Notes: generated by a model not told the origin, from the sequence alone. A DNA stretch of 64,000 nucleotides from Octopus vulgaris (GCA_951406725.2 OX597819.1:104346001-104410000); one strand, 5' to 3'. Positions 1-12,692 are shown, counted from the stretch's first letter. A program made the numbers and translations.

Positions 1-611
1 ATGCTGGCCATTGATAAAATTTTTTTCGAGAAAATATTTTTTTTCGAAAATAATTTTATCTTCCGGTGCTCGGTTGACATTTGATATAAATTTAAGCGTT
101 CACTTCCGGACTAACTAACTCACTCTGTGAAGATCAGAATCCTCAGTTCAAATCGCACGTGCCTCGTCAAATCGCACGTGCCTCGATGGGCTGGAGTACT
201 TCTATTTTGGATGTATTTGGGGTACTTAATTGTGCCCATGACTTAGTGTTTGCTTCTTTCATGGGTATGAGTAAGTATCTCATTTATTTCTTTTACCACA
301 TGTATCACTGACGAAGAGAGGGCTCTTAGTAGCTAACTCTGAAATCGGTCCGATATGGTAATAATGGAATTTTTTAGAAATTTCTTTCGACCTTTATTCG
401 AGTAGCGTGCGTATTGTGAAAAAATTACATGGTTAATGGACAATATGTCCAATTTTTCGGCATATTTGGCATTTGGAATTTTTTTTCCCTTGCCCTCATT
501 TATGAATTATATAAATTTAACCGTTAAAGGTATTTTTTAATATGCTGGCCATTGATAAAATTTTTCGAGAAAATATTTATTTTTTTTCGAAAAGAATTTT
601 ATCCTCACATT

Positions 612-612
<1 letters not shown>
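1..612 (+). mobile_element. Hammerhead-bearing Penelope-type terminal repeat / retrozyme-like unit, partial tandem with ~541 bp period, cut by the window start
   Basis: 1-60 (ATGCTGGCCATTGATAAAATTTTT..CGAGAAAATATTT) recurs at 542-603. The unit contains a hammerhead at 301-357, has no ORF, and ends at (TA)n 614-649. Confidence 0.7.
301..357 (+). ncRNA. Type I minimal hammerhead ribozyme
   Basis: tgtatca-CTGACGA-agag..ctct-GAAA-tcgg-TC-cgatatg. Stem I has one A.C mismatch at the cleavage site; stem III is reduced to near-palindromic ATCGGT. Confidence 0.7.
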
Positions 613-653
<41 letters not shown>

Positions 654-837
654 GTCCCTCAGATACGCCACCACAACAACACGTTGTGAAGATGTAAACA
701 CATGGATTGCAATATCTCTATACGAAAACTGCAAATTTGTGAGTAAAATATTGGATTTAATATTTTAATGACATATATATCTATATTAATACAAGCCCCC
801 TCTCTCCCCCGCTCTCTCTCTCCCTCTCTCTCTCTCG

Positions 838-930
<93 letters not shown>

Positions 931-1779
931 TATATATATGCACATTGCTGTCTCTAATAATAATATCTAAAAACATTTTAGCACAAGTCTAGAAATTTTA
1001 AGGGCGGGGCAAGGCATTAACATCGCTCAAGGTACTTGAATTGTACTTTATCTGATCGATCCCCCAAAAATGAAAGTTGAACGTAGCATTAGCTGAACTC
1101 ATTTTCCTCTGTATTGTATATCGACCTAAACAGTCAACACTAATCTGAACCTCACGTCGGTGTTAAGTGAGGATCCTCTTCGTGTGTTTTAGACAGCTTT
1201 TGAGTTTTGCTAAGTCCCGCTGACCTCCTTTGCAATATTTTTTCCTCCTTGTAGTCTCCTCTGTAATGGTTTGTCTCACTTCTCCAGGTTCGATTCGCTC
1301 TCCAGAATTGATATGTACAGCTGCTACCATGCACCCTATCCGTTTCAATTATCAAAAATATCATCATTTAGATCTACCAGTGTCTCACTGGATCCGTCAT
1401 TACAGACTGTGCAAAGTTTCTTCTCTATTTTTCATGGTATAGAAGTAAGTTACCTTTCTATTCAACAGTTTTTGTTCAAATTCATCGGGTAAGGAGGCAT
1501 AGTCTTTTATAATACATCTCTGCCACATTTGTTTTTCTGAGTGAAATTAGTCTGTGTGTAATGTGTCCGTATTGGACCTGACATTTGCAGAATTTCGTGT
1601 AGTTGTTGCTATTATTGTTAAGTGAGGCATCAAAATTGCTGTTTTGTATTACAAACGCAGAAACATTATTTTTTCTTTAAAATGTTTGGACTTTGTTTCA
1701 TAATATTTTTGTCCAATTTCTTCTTTGCTTAATTTAATTTTCTGTACAACTGACAAAATTTTTGTTTATTTGGTGGTGA

Positions 1780-2070
1780 TGGTGTTGGCATTTACAAACT
1801 GCAAGTTATATACAGAAAAAAATGATGGCACAGATATACATCAGAAAAGGTCTCTGAGACTGCTATAAATACTATTTTCTGGGATATGCTACTACACACA
1901 AGCAGGGAGATCATAGCAAATCGACAAGATATTGTTGTTAAGGACCCCTAGAAAAAACCCTTCCCAATCGAAGTATCTGTCTCAGCAGATAATAACAGAA
2001 CTTTCGAAAATATGAAGTCAGCCAAATATAATTACTGAGAAATCGAGATAACCATTAAAGGTAAACAAGG
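1780..2070 (+). pseudogene. Decayed R4/Dong-clade LINE endonuclease region
   Basis: Translates to ...WHRYTSEKVSE..IFWDMLLHTSREIIANRQDIVVKD..., which aligns with the better-preserved copy at 3260-3795. Confidence 0.7.
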
Positions 2071-2140
2071 GCATAGCGAAACACGCCTAGTCACGATAAA
2101 CCCAATGATGATAATGCTGCTGCTGCTGCTGATGATGATG

Positions 2141-2216
<76 letters not shown>

Positions 2217-2228
2217 CAATAAATAAAT

Positions 2229-2353
2229 AAATGCCCTGATGCAGTACCAGGAAGTGGCTCTCATGGCTTCTCATCTTTACTGATTGGAAGTGTTATCATG
2301 TACATTGTTTTGTCTTGGTATAAAAGATGATGGTGATGACGATGATGATGATA

Positions 2354-2411
<58 letters not shown>

Positions 2412-2793
2412 TCATGATGTCATGATACCGTACCAGCGGTGGGTCTCATGGCTTTTGATCTTAACTGATTGGAAGTTTTGCCATGTACATATTTTGTAAT
2501 GGTGTAAAAGATGGACTACAGCAAATATTCTGCTCAATACCACAGATATGCTTGTCAATTGCTTGACCGTAACCAGTTGAGTATGTCTTTTAGTGGCTCT
2601 CTGATCACGTGCAGAAGTAGTAGGAAGGACATATATTGTTTATCTTGATATGAGATCACCATGTCACACACGTGGTTGAGATGCATGTACCTGATGTACC
2701 CTGATCAGATGGGTAGTCATGATGGGTATACAGGGCTTCGTATATTTGTACCCCTAGGATAACTTTGATAGCATGCACTGCTCTCTCACTCAA
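2229..2793 (+). mobile_element. Two pieces of a ~560 bp non-coding SINE-like family embedded in (TAA)n (family F)
   Basis: 2229-2330 and 2425-2793 match the reverse complement of 35167-35724 and match 4095-4650. The 3' end CTGCTCTCTCACTCAAT runs into (AAT)n. Confidence 0.8.
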
Positions 2794-2829
2794 TGATAAT
2801 AATAATGATGATGATGATGATAATAATAC

Positions 2830-3176
2830 CAGCGACCACCATGCCAATTTGATTCCAGGATCGTAAAGAAAGAGGACGAAAAACAAAACAAAAAACAAAT
2901 AAAAAATGAACGCCTTAAAATTTGAAATAGGAAGAATTCGGAGTATGAGAATTGTAAAGGTCGTGTCTATAATAATTCTTGGCAACAGTAAACAAAGGTA
3001 TGGACAAATGGCTGGAATAGAATGCGCAGTAGGGCTCCTACAGAAAGTTTGTCTCTTAGGGACAGCAAGGATTATCAAGAGGGTTATAATCCCTTGAAAG
3101 ACAACAGAAAACGTCTGGATACTTAAGATTACAGGTAGTAACTACCAGGAATAAGATCGAACGTGAGTCAAACCAA
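2830..3176 (+). pseudogene. 3' end of an R4/Dong-clade LINE
   Basis: LKFEIGRIRSMRIVKVVSIIILG...LLQKVCLLGTARIIKRVI is the typical C-terminus of RLE-type elements. A 3' UTR follows, then an (AAT)n tail. Confidence 0.8.
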
Positions 3177-3197
3177 ATAATAATAATGATGATGATG

Positions 3198-3257
<60 letters not shown>

Positions 3258-3259
3258 TT

Positions 3260-3790
3260 TATGGAATAACAACAGAAAAAAGATGGTATAGGCACACACC
3301 AGAAAAGGTCACAGAAAACGAGAAAGCAACCATACTCTGGGATATGCCGATACACACACATAGAGAAATTAAGGCCAACAAGCCAGATATAGTTGTCAGA
3401 GATCATGAAGAAAAAAATGCTTTCTAATTGATGTATCAATACCGGCAGATGACAACGTGTCTCTAAAAGAAATGGAGAAACTCTCAAAATACAAAGACCT
3501 GGAAATAGAGGTAACCAGAATGTGGAATCTGAAAACAGAAACAATTCCTATCATAGTAGGTGCATTAGGCATGATAAAAAAATATTCAGCCAAATACATA
3601 ACAAAAACACCAGGACTTACAAACACATATAACATACAGAAAATTGCACTACTAGGCACTGCACACATCCTACGCAGAGCACGTTCCATACAGTAACCAT
3701 CAGAGCACCACAACAGATCACAGCACATACCTAAGGCACACAGAGCTGCGCTCGGTAGTGAAGTGAAAGCACGCTATAAAAAATATACTA

Positions 3791-3795
<5 letters not shown>
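3260..3795 (+). mobile_element. 5'-truncated R4/Dong-clade LINE (RLE domain and 3' UTR) in (TAA)n
   Basis: WYRHTPEKVTENEKATILWDMPIHTHREIKANKPDIVV..LIDVSIPADDNVSLKEMEKLSKYKDLEIEV..IALLGTAHILRR (PD-D-K endonuclease motif). Flanked on both sides by (AAT)n; close to copies at 5350-6052 and 63290-64000. Confidence 0.92.
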
Positions 3796-3855
<60 letters not shown>

Positions 3856-3856
<1 letters not shown>

Positions 3857-4070
3857 TTCATTTTTGTATTCAGTTTGCAAAATTCTTTGTGTAAATTCGT
3901 GTGTTGAAGCATATTTTATTGTGTTTGGGGAGAGTAATTCTGTTTTAATGCTTTATTAATTAACAATTAATTTATTTTAGAAAAAAGTAAATGAGTAGAA
4001 ATTGAACCGGTGAATGTGTTAATTAGTAAAGCATTAAAACAGAATGACTCTCTCCAGACACAATGAAATA
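3856..4070. repeat. Fragment of the family at 17320-17520 with an inverted duplication
   Basis: 3860-3960 resembles 17330-17430. 3913-3963 is an imperfect reverse complement of 4018-4070. Confidence 0.6.
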
Positions 4071-4094
4071 ATGATGATGATGATGATGATGATG

Positions 4095-4650
4095 ATACCG
4101 TGATACAATACTAAGCTGTGGCTCTCATAGCTCCTTATCTTTACTGATTGGCTGTGTTAACATATACATGCTTTGTAATGGTGTAAAAGATGGGCTACAG
4201 CAAATATTCCGCTCAATACCACAGATATGCTTGTCAATTGCTTGACCGTAACCAGTTGAGTATGTCTTTTAGTGTCTGACGGTATGTGCATCTCTGATCA
4301 CGAACAGAAGTAGTGGGGGAGTATCATAGTCATATTTTGAGAGGAAATCTTTGGGGTTTGAATAAGTCACCTCTGGAAAGGAAGTCGTCTCCTTTATCAC
4401 CCTTAAACAACCCTTATTCAAGGATCTTTTGAGAAGGATGGGCCACTCGACCCGGAGAAAATTCTAACTGGGCCCCATCAGGAAGGACATGCATTGTTTA
4501 CCTAGCTATGAGATCACCATGTGATAACGATATGGCTGTGATGCATGTGGCTAGTGTACTTTTATCAGATGTGCAGTCATGGTGAGTATATTGAGCCTCG
4601 TATATTTGTATCCCAAAGTCACTTTGATGGCGTATGCTGCTCTCTCACAT
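4095..4650 (+). mobile_element. Family F SINE-like element, near full length and diverged
   Basis: Colinear with the reverse complement of 35167-35724; flanked by (GAT/AAT)n. Confidence 0.8.
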
Positions 4651-5296
4651 AATGATAATAATCCTTTCTACTATAGGGACAAGGCCTGAAAATTTGTGAG
4701 GAAGGGACTAGTCGATTACAATGACCCAAGTGTTCCCCTCTTTGAATCAGTTAGGCTGTGGCGAAGTGGGAGAGCCTATGTGCTACACATGTGGTGGCAA
4801 AATCCATCTCGTATACCTATCTGTGACAGGTAAAATGAAAAAAAAAAATTGGAAACAATCAATAGTAGAGACAAGCAGAAATAACAGCTGTAGGCCCCTG
4901 AAACACACACCAAATGGACATAGGACAGGATCACTACTGATTGCTGCTAAAGTACCATCACTACCCGTTTTGATGTTGATCTGTACGTCACCTCTCCTCA
5001 GCATCAATGCCTCTATCAATGAGGTGAAGCATTCAGTACCAGTGAAAACGCTCTCAAGTTTATCAAAACCTCGACCAGAAACACCAGGCGACTCTTGTAG
5101 GTAGGGTGTATATTCAGCCAGATTATGGGAATAGCTTAAGATGAAGTTGTAGAGTTATAGGCTGTCCCCCTAGCATAATTTAATGAAATGCGAGAGCAAA
5201 TGGCGAAACAGGTACATGTGAGACAGTGAAGTAGATTATGATAGGAGATTTCAGCCGGTAAAGGAAAGTAATAGGGGTTGCAGGTGGTCAGTGGTG

Positions 5297-5349
<53 letters not shown>

Positions 5350-5353
<4 letters not shown>

Positions 5354-6048
5354 TAGTTTTATTTTTATAGCGTGCTTTCACTTCACTACCGAGCGCAGCT
5401 CTGTGTGCCTTTGGTATGTGCTGTGATTTGTTGTGATGCTCTGATGGTTATTGTATGGAAAGTGCTCTGCGTAGGATGTGTACAGTGCCTAGTAGTGCAA
5501 TTTTCTGTATGTTATATGTGTTTGTAAGTCCTGGTGTTTTTGTTATGTATTTGTCTGAGCATTTTTTTATCATGCCTAATGCACCTACTATGATAGGAAT
5601 TGTTTCTGTTTTTAGATTCCACATTCTGGTTACGTCTATTTCCAGGTCTTTGCATTTTGAGAGTTTCTCCATTTCTTTTAGAGACACGTTGTCATCAGCC
5701 GGTATTGATACATCAATTAGAAAGCATTTTTTTCTTCATGATCTCTGACAACTATATCTGGTCTGTTGGCCTTAATTTCTCTATGTGTGTGTATCGGCAT
5801 ATCCCAGAGTATTGTTGCTTTCTCGTTTTCTGTGACCTTTTCTGGTGTGTGCCTATACCATCTTTTTTCTGTTGTTATTCCATAATGTTGGCATAGCTTC
5901 CAGTGTATATATATTCCAACTCTATCATGTCTGTGAATATATTCCTTCTTAGCCAGGACTGGGCAGCTAGAGATAATATGATTTATTGTTTCTTGTCCAT
6001 CTGCACATATTCTGCAGTTACTTGTTATATTTCTTTTCATTATATGTT

Positions 6049-6052
<4 letters not shown>
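5350..6052 (-). mobile_element. 5'-truncated R4/Dong-clade LINE (CCHC knuckle, RLE, 3' UTR)
   Basis: CRICADGQETINHIISSC zinc knuckle, YIHRHD, RPDIVV. Both flanks read (AAT)n on the element strand. Confidence 0.92.
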
Positions 6053-6110
<58 letters not shown>

Positions 6111-6139
6111 GATCATGATCATGATCATCATCATCATCA

Positions 6140-6200
<61 letters not shown>

Positions 6201-6554
6201 CATCATTATCATCATCATCTTTATTATTATCATTATTATTGTCTCACACATACACCAACCACGCTTGAAATTCATTATCATTATTGTTAAAGATAATGAG
6301 GTCGACATTTTCATATGTTTTTTTATTATTTTATATTTATCACCTAATAACTAGAAAGAATGTAAAACAATAATGATGATGAAAATTAATTATGATATTA
6401 ATAACATCAACTGGAACAAAAACAACAGCTTTATTTTGTTTACTACTGGAACGTCAAGAAAAAGGGTATTACAGATCGGGTTTCTCATGGTGTTCGGGTC
6501 TTACAAGAAACTGGGTGATAAGAGGAGTAAAAGGATAAGAAAAACGTGTGCATA

Positions 6555-6626
<72 letters not shown>

Positions 6627-6628
6627 TC

Positions 6629-6677
<49 letters not shown>

Positions 6678-6679
6678 AC

Positions 6680-6754
<75 letters not shown>

Positions 6755-7023
6755 TAATAATAATAATAGTTTACATAGAACAGGATTTATCAAAATGGAA
6801 GAATAAAAAATATAAAGTAAGAAATAAATGGAATATGGTTGCGTGGAAGTATTCCTCGGGAAAAAATGACGTTTACTATAATGTATTAGATTAGAAACAC
6901 AAAATTATTGAGCAAAAGATTCTGGGTATGCCGATAACGATTTCTGAAAGGATCGTAGCAAAAATAACAGAAATACAGAAGTGATCAATATTAATGAGAT
7001 AAGAGAAAGATGAAAGTAATGAA

Positions 7024-7106
<83 letters not shown>

Positions 7107-7244
7107 ATAAAACAGAGGAATGATACACACAGACACACACACGCATATCTATGTATATACACACACAAATTAAATGTTTACATATATTCATATACGTATG
7201 TAAACAGGTATGTATGTATGCATATTAATATATATATATTTTAA

Positions 7245-7415
7245 TTATTGTACTTGTTTCACCGCATTTACCCGAACAAATCAACCCCAAGACTTATTAT
7301 TTATAAGACTAGTACTTATTCTATCAGTCTCGTTCGCTGAAACGCTAGATTACGAGGAGGTAAACACACCAAGACCGGTTGTCAAGCGATGGCGGGGACA
7401 AACACAGACACACAA
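7245..7415 (-). mobile_element. 3' half of the composite tRNA/CORE-like SINE
   Basis: Matches 22470-22670. Confidence 0.7.
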
Positions 7416-7427
7416 ATACATGCATAT

Positions 7428-7474
<47 letters not shown>

Positions 7475-7642
7475 CACACACACACACATATTGCTTATGT
7501 CTGATGATCTGTCGCTTGCATGAAAGTGGGTGTAACGTTTTGTGAAGTCATTAAGTTTTAATGAAATTTCTCATTCTCTCTTGTCACACACACACACACA
7601 CATACACACACACAAATATATATATATATGTGTGGGGGGTGT

Positions 7643-8275
7643 TAGAAAGAAAGAATGATTCAGCAAAACATGTGGTATCTCCTTAGTGCTTGTGATTTAT
7701 AATTCAAACATTATTGCAGAGTTGTTAGAGTAAATAAGGGATTAAGAAATAATGCATAAAGTCTCTTACAGCCGTTTCTAGAATAGCTGTCCATATGGTA
7801 CATACGTTATTGGCAAAGATTCCCATATTGGACAACTATTCCGTCTACATAAAAGAAGAATTAAAGAATATCCTGAATAATGGATATTATTAGTTTCCAT
7901 TAAGGAATATTCTTAGTAAAATATATAATAGTAACCAATTCTATCGACAACAAATTAGGAATATCTTTAGTAAAAGATAAGGGCTGTTACTAATTCCATC
8001 GTCGGTGAAAGAACGTGTGACTGCTATCTTTTACAAAGGATATTCTCTACTTCAAGAACGATGGAACAGGTAAATACTAAAATCCTTTATTAAGGATATT
8101 CTTTATTTCTTCTTCTCTGAAGATGGTATAGTTTTTATATATGGAAAAGTTCGCACAATGACCAATGCTCCACATGCTCAGCTATTCTAGAAACAGCTGT
8201 ATGAGAGTTTATGTATTATTATTTATATGCTCTAAGGTGATGCCATATGTTTTGCTTGTTGATTCTTTCTTTCTG
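7643..8275. mobile_element. Old inverted pair of hammerhead-bearing Penelope-type terminal repeats
   Basis: 7643-7689 pairs with 8229-8274, 7749-7789 with 8179-8219, and 7853-7885 with 8080-8115. Each arm has a hammerhead core. Confidence 0.75.
8112..8207 (+). ncRNA. Type I hammerhead ribozyme with long stem II, partly decayed
   Basis: CTGAAGA-tggtatagtt..agctattcta-GAAA-cagctg-TA with a palindromic stem III and weak stem I. A decayed mirror copy lies on the minus strand at 7762-7855. Confidence 0.6.
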
Positions 8276-8434
8276 ATATATATCTACCCACTCACCGGTG
8301 AACCACTTATAGCCATTCCTTGCTAAAAGGCTACAACACTACTTTTGTTTCAGTTGCTGTTCAAGTCGGAGTTTTAGTGGTAAACCAATCCGAGTACCTA
8401 TCGTATATATTTATTACATTACGTCATTAGACGG

Positions 8435-8494
<60 letters not shown>

Positions 8495-8607
8495 TTATAT
8501 ACTTGTATATATATATATGTATATATAGTGAGAATTCGCAAAAGGCGAAGACGGGTGTGTAAACAACAAATAGATGTATTAGTTTAACGCTCAGGAAGTG
8601 AGAAACT

Positions 8608-8643
8608 CTTTTACGTTTCGAGCCTACGCTCTTCGACAGAAAG
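8608..8643 (-). ncRNA. Minimal hammerhead variant (A6U plus an extra A) inside a small element at ~8527-8740
   Basis: Minus strand reads cttt-CTGTCGAA-gagc-gtag-gctc-GAAA-cg-TA-aaag, with perfect 4-bp stems I and II. Confidence 0.75.
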
Positions 8644-9147
8644 GAGCACACAAATAGACAGAGAGAGAAAATATAAAAGGTTTAGTGGCTAGCAATTTAT
8701 CATGGCGAATGCCGGACAGAGGGGTCACACAGGAGAGGGGGGTTGTTCCTTAGTACGAATATAAATAACCTCTGTTTTACTATATGAAGTAGCTCTATCA
8801 CTTATCCACATATTCTGACATATATCAAAATCTTTCTTCCTCATAATAGGATATAGTAAACTTCTATTTCAGATTAGTTACAGGAAACTTTGAACCGTCT
8901 TCTGAATCATGAATTAAAAGTTTTAGATCATAAACGTCTTCGGCTGATGTTCATAAACGGGACCTGGCTACGTGGCAGTATATTCTAGGGCACAAACCAT
9001 GTTATTTTCATACTTACCAAGTAAAAATACGGCATTTGAATGGCCGACTCCAGTGAAAAACATTTTAAATATTACAGAAACTGGCTAGATTGTGGATGAA
9101 TGTATCACTGGTCGCTTCTCTTTCATTTTATTTTTCTGTACAACTAA

Positions 9148-9191
<44 letters not shown>

Positions 9192-9457
9192 TATATAACT
9201 TGAAAACTTATGTGTGGAATTATTAGTAATATATATTTAATTCATGTTATGCGACAATAAAATATTCAGGCATCAAAGTCTGCCACTACACATGAAAATA
9301 TACAAAAAACAGTGTTGGTTATTTAACAGTAGATTGTTTGCAACTTTTTTGTTTCTTATTTTTCGAGTTGCTAAGTTACGAGGCATAAAGGAATGCACCG
9401 TTTTTCAAGTGATCAAAATATTAAAATAGACACACAGAAACATATATACACGTGCTT

Positions 9458-9697
9458 AAGGCAGCGAGCTGGCAGAAACGTTAGCACACCGGACGAAATG
9501 CTCAGGGGTATTTCATCTGCCGCTACGTTCTGAGTTCAATTTCCGCTGAAGTCGACTTTGCCTTTCATCCTTTCGGGGTTGATTAAATAAGTACCAGTTA
9601 CGCACTGGGGTCGATATAATTGACTTAATCCGTTTGTCTAAACTTGTTTGTCCTCTCTGTGTGTAGACCCTTGTGGGCAGTAAAGAAATAAGAAACA
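9458..9697 (+). mobile_element. tRNA-derived SINE with Nin/Deu-like central domain (family A)
   Basis: AGCTGGCAGAAACGTTAG A-box-like, GAGTTCAATTTCC B-box, GCCTTTCATCCTTTCGGGGT.GAT.AAATAAGTACCAG domain. More than 12 copies or fragments are present in the window. Confidence 0.85.
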
Positions 9698-9702
9698 TAT
9701 AC

Positions 9703-10013
9703 ACGTACGTACGTACGTACGTACGTACGTACGTACGTACGTACGTATGTATGTATGTATGTATGTATGTATGTATGTATGTATGTATGTATGTATGTAT
9801 GTATGTATGTATGTATGTATGTATGTATGTATGTATGTATGTATGTATGTATGTATGTATGTATGTATGTATGTATGTATGTATGTATGTATGTATGTAT
9901 GTATGTATGTATGTATGTATGTATGTATGTATGTATGTATGTATGTATGTATGTTTGTATGTATGTATGTATGTATGCATGCATGCATGCATGCATGTAT
10001 GCATATATGTATG
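9703..10013. repeat. Compound tetranucleotide microsatellite (GTAC)n(GTAT)n(GCAT)n
   Basis: Read directly from the sequence. Confidence 0.98.
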
Positions 10014-10148
10014 AATGAAATGGTCTTCCACTGAATCATTGTGAACCAGATTCACTCACAGTTGCACAGTCTAAGAGGTAATGCAGTTCGACCGACCCTA
10101 AAAGCACGTGGTTGCAAAGTGATTACCTTAACCGCACAAACACATCTA

Positions 10149-10186
<38 letters not shown>

Positions 10187-10869
10187 CACGCACATACTTA
10201 TATAGATCTGTGTGTGTTGGGGGGGGGTATAAATATTCGTACACACATACATGTACATAAAGTATGTGTATACACATATGTGTTTGTGTTGTGTGTGCTC
10301 GTGTATGCTTGTGTGTGTTTGTGTGTTTGTGCTTGTTTGTACCTGTAAGTGTCTCTGTGTGTGAACATAAATCTAAATAATGGAACAAGAAATAGTGTTC
10401 AATTATGAATTATTCCAATGAATTATTGCTATAATTGTTGCCTCCAGTTGTTATCTAATTAATTATCACTCTATCAATTATCTTGATGAAAACAGACGCC
10501 CTTACCCCACGATCTGCAATCCATTATGAAGCAAGGATGAAATCATATTGAATACTTCGTAAACTTTCTTTTGTCTCTAATTACTTGCTATTCTTTGATG
10601 AGTTGGAGCTACCAAAGAACACAGTTACGTAACATATTTTCCCAGTTCACATAGTTGTTAGTTGTTGTTTTGCACCAAGTTAGCTCTGATTGAGTAAAAT
10701 GAACGAAAAATCTTTCCAGTCATGACCTTCCTGTCTTTACAAACTATATGGTTTTCACTACTTGGTCGGACGACGATTCGTGAAATGCTAACGCGTTGTC
10801 GTTTGATCCATAAGGAATATAAGTTATCAAATAACAGCCTTGAAAGATAGTGGCTTAAAACTATCAGTA

Positions 10870-11045
10870 ATTTCAGGGGATGGAATAAGCCGATTACATC
10901 GACCCCAATGCTCAACTGGTACTTATTTTATCGACTCCGAAAGGATGATAGGTAAAGTTGACTCTGGTGGAATTTGAACTCAGAAGACGAAATGCCACTA
11001 AGCATTTTCCCGGCATGTTAATAATTCTGCCAGCTCGCCGCCTTA
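10870..11045 (-). mobile_element. Family A SINE
   Basis: Reverse complement of the 9458 and 55773 copies. Confidence 0.8.
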
Positions 11046-12580
11046 CTGTCTTGAAAGATAATGATCGACTTAGATGTACAATAGTAATTTGAATAATGCA
11101 AGAAAGCACGTTTGATTGTTTGGTAAGTATGGGGTAGACAAATTAGGATGATTATCTTTAAGGCTCGTTCCTATTAGCCAGTTCGAATGACCAATTGGAA
11201 TCAGTAATTAGGTGACTTTTTATACATCTCTTCGAAAATGTATGAGTGATTGTTCATTGGAGAAATTCCGTCGAACAAGTCTATGAGGAGAAGCTGGATA
11301 GTCTTCAACTAATTTCGGCCACTAATTTTCTAATTATAGTTGGAATAGATTGGAATTCCTCATTAGGCCTTCTTATGGATAATCCTTGCTTGTCTTGGGG
11401 TTTTAAGTATTCGCCGTAAGGCTGATTGTGGTTAAATTGGTGATGATAGTTGAATTAAAACTAACTGAAAATCTATTCCTGGCATGACCATTCATGTTAC
11501 GGAAAATTGCGAGGCCGTTATTTCTGTACAAATCACAACTCTAAGCGATGTGCACTTCTAGAAGTTGTTCAGGATAAATAATCAATGAGATACATTACCT
11601 CAGCTCCACGAAGAGATATGTCGAACAACGGGTTACTTCGTTGACTCAGTACAAGTAATCAAGTTATAAGAGTGATTTTGTGGTGATCCGAGATTCTAAT
11701 ATAAAGTTTGTTGTTCCTAGTGAATCCACCCCAGAGGTTCATGACGTATAAGAGGAGGAATTTTGATATAGATGGATAAAAGGACGCTGTTATCTCAATT
11801 TACCATCATCAACACAATTCTACCTGAGTTTTCCTCCAATCCACTGGTTGCCCAGCAGTTGCTGTAATACCTAGCCGTCGTCTAATGACGAGTTTCGTCA
11901 CGTGTTGAAACGAACTTCGTACAACATTTCATGATAATCTTCCCGTACTTTTCACACCACTTATTATTCTAACGATCAGATATGATGTTAGCAACCGTAG
12001 TGCTATTAATAATGCTGTTGTACATTGAACTGCTAATATTTAACTTTGACGACACGTGATGAGGGTACTTCGTTTTCGCGTGTAACCTACATATATATAT
12101 ATATGTCTCTCTCTCTTTCTCCCCTCTCTCTCTCCCTCCCCCTCTCTCTCTATATATATATTTACGTATATATATGGCTGAGAAAGCAAGGATCCCCAAA
12201 AACTCACTTGACACAGAGAAAGAAGTATTTAGTCAATGCCCTCATCTAAGGAGTTTTCCCGCGACAAACTTGGAATTCCTCCTTCGTTGAAAAAAGCCGT
12301 GACAACTTCTTCGTAAATCACTACAGTCGGAACCGATATAAGGGCGATAACACCATCCCGCCTGCTGCCACCACTTGCACAGCTTCTCCGGACGTATTTT
12401 TTGCTCACAAAATTAATTGATCATGACATCTTCCCTCCAGTTGTGGAGAGGTTATGTGCCTTCGGTCATTTGAATCTGACGAGTCGCCTATTCGGCTAGG
12501 CGCTTTATAGGTACGGAACTTATGATCACTCTCTGACCGGCATTGACAATCAGTTTGTTTGTATATATACATGCATACAT

Positions 12581-12638
<58 letters not shown>

Positions 12639-12651
12639 CCATCCATCCATA

Positions 12652-12692
<41 letters not shown>

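Noticed and set aside
1100-1780. Possible minus-strand N-terminal remnant of an R4/Dong element
   Set aside because: The similarity is too weak to support by eye.
8388-8436. Further hammerhead-like remnants (here and at ~680-740, 11875-11925, 12473-12525, 17214-17266, 22900-22940, 54500-54545)
   Set aside because: Core bases are changed (CTAATGA, GATA, GAGA, GGAA) or stems are unpaired, so they were not called as ribozymes.
10385-10540. Clusters of TAAT/TAATTA motifs as possible homeodomain enhancers (also 30140-30180 and 62480-62610)
   Set aside because: Such motifs are expected by chance in very AT-rich DNA; cross-species conservation data would be required.
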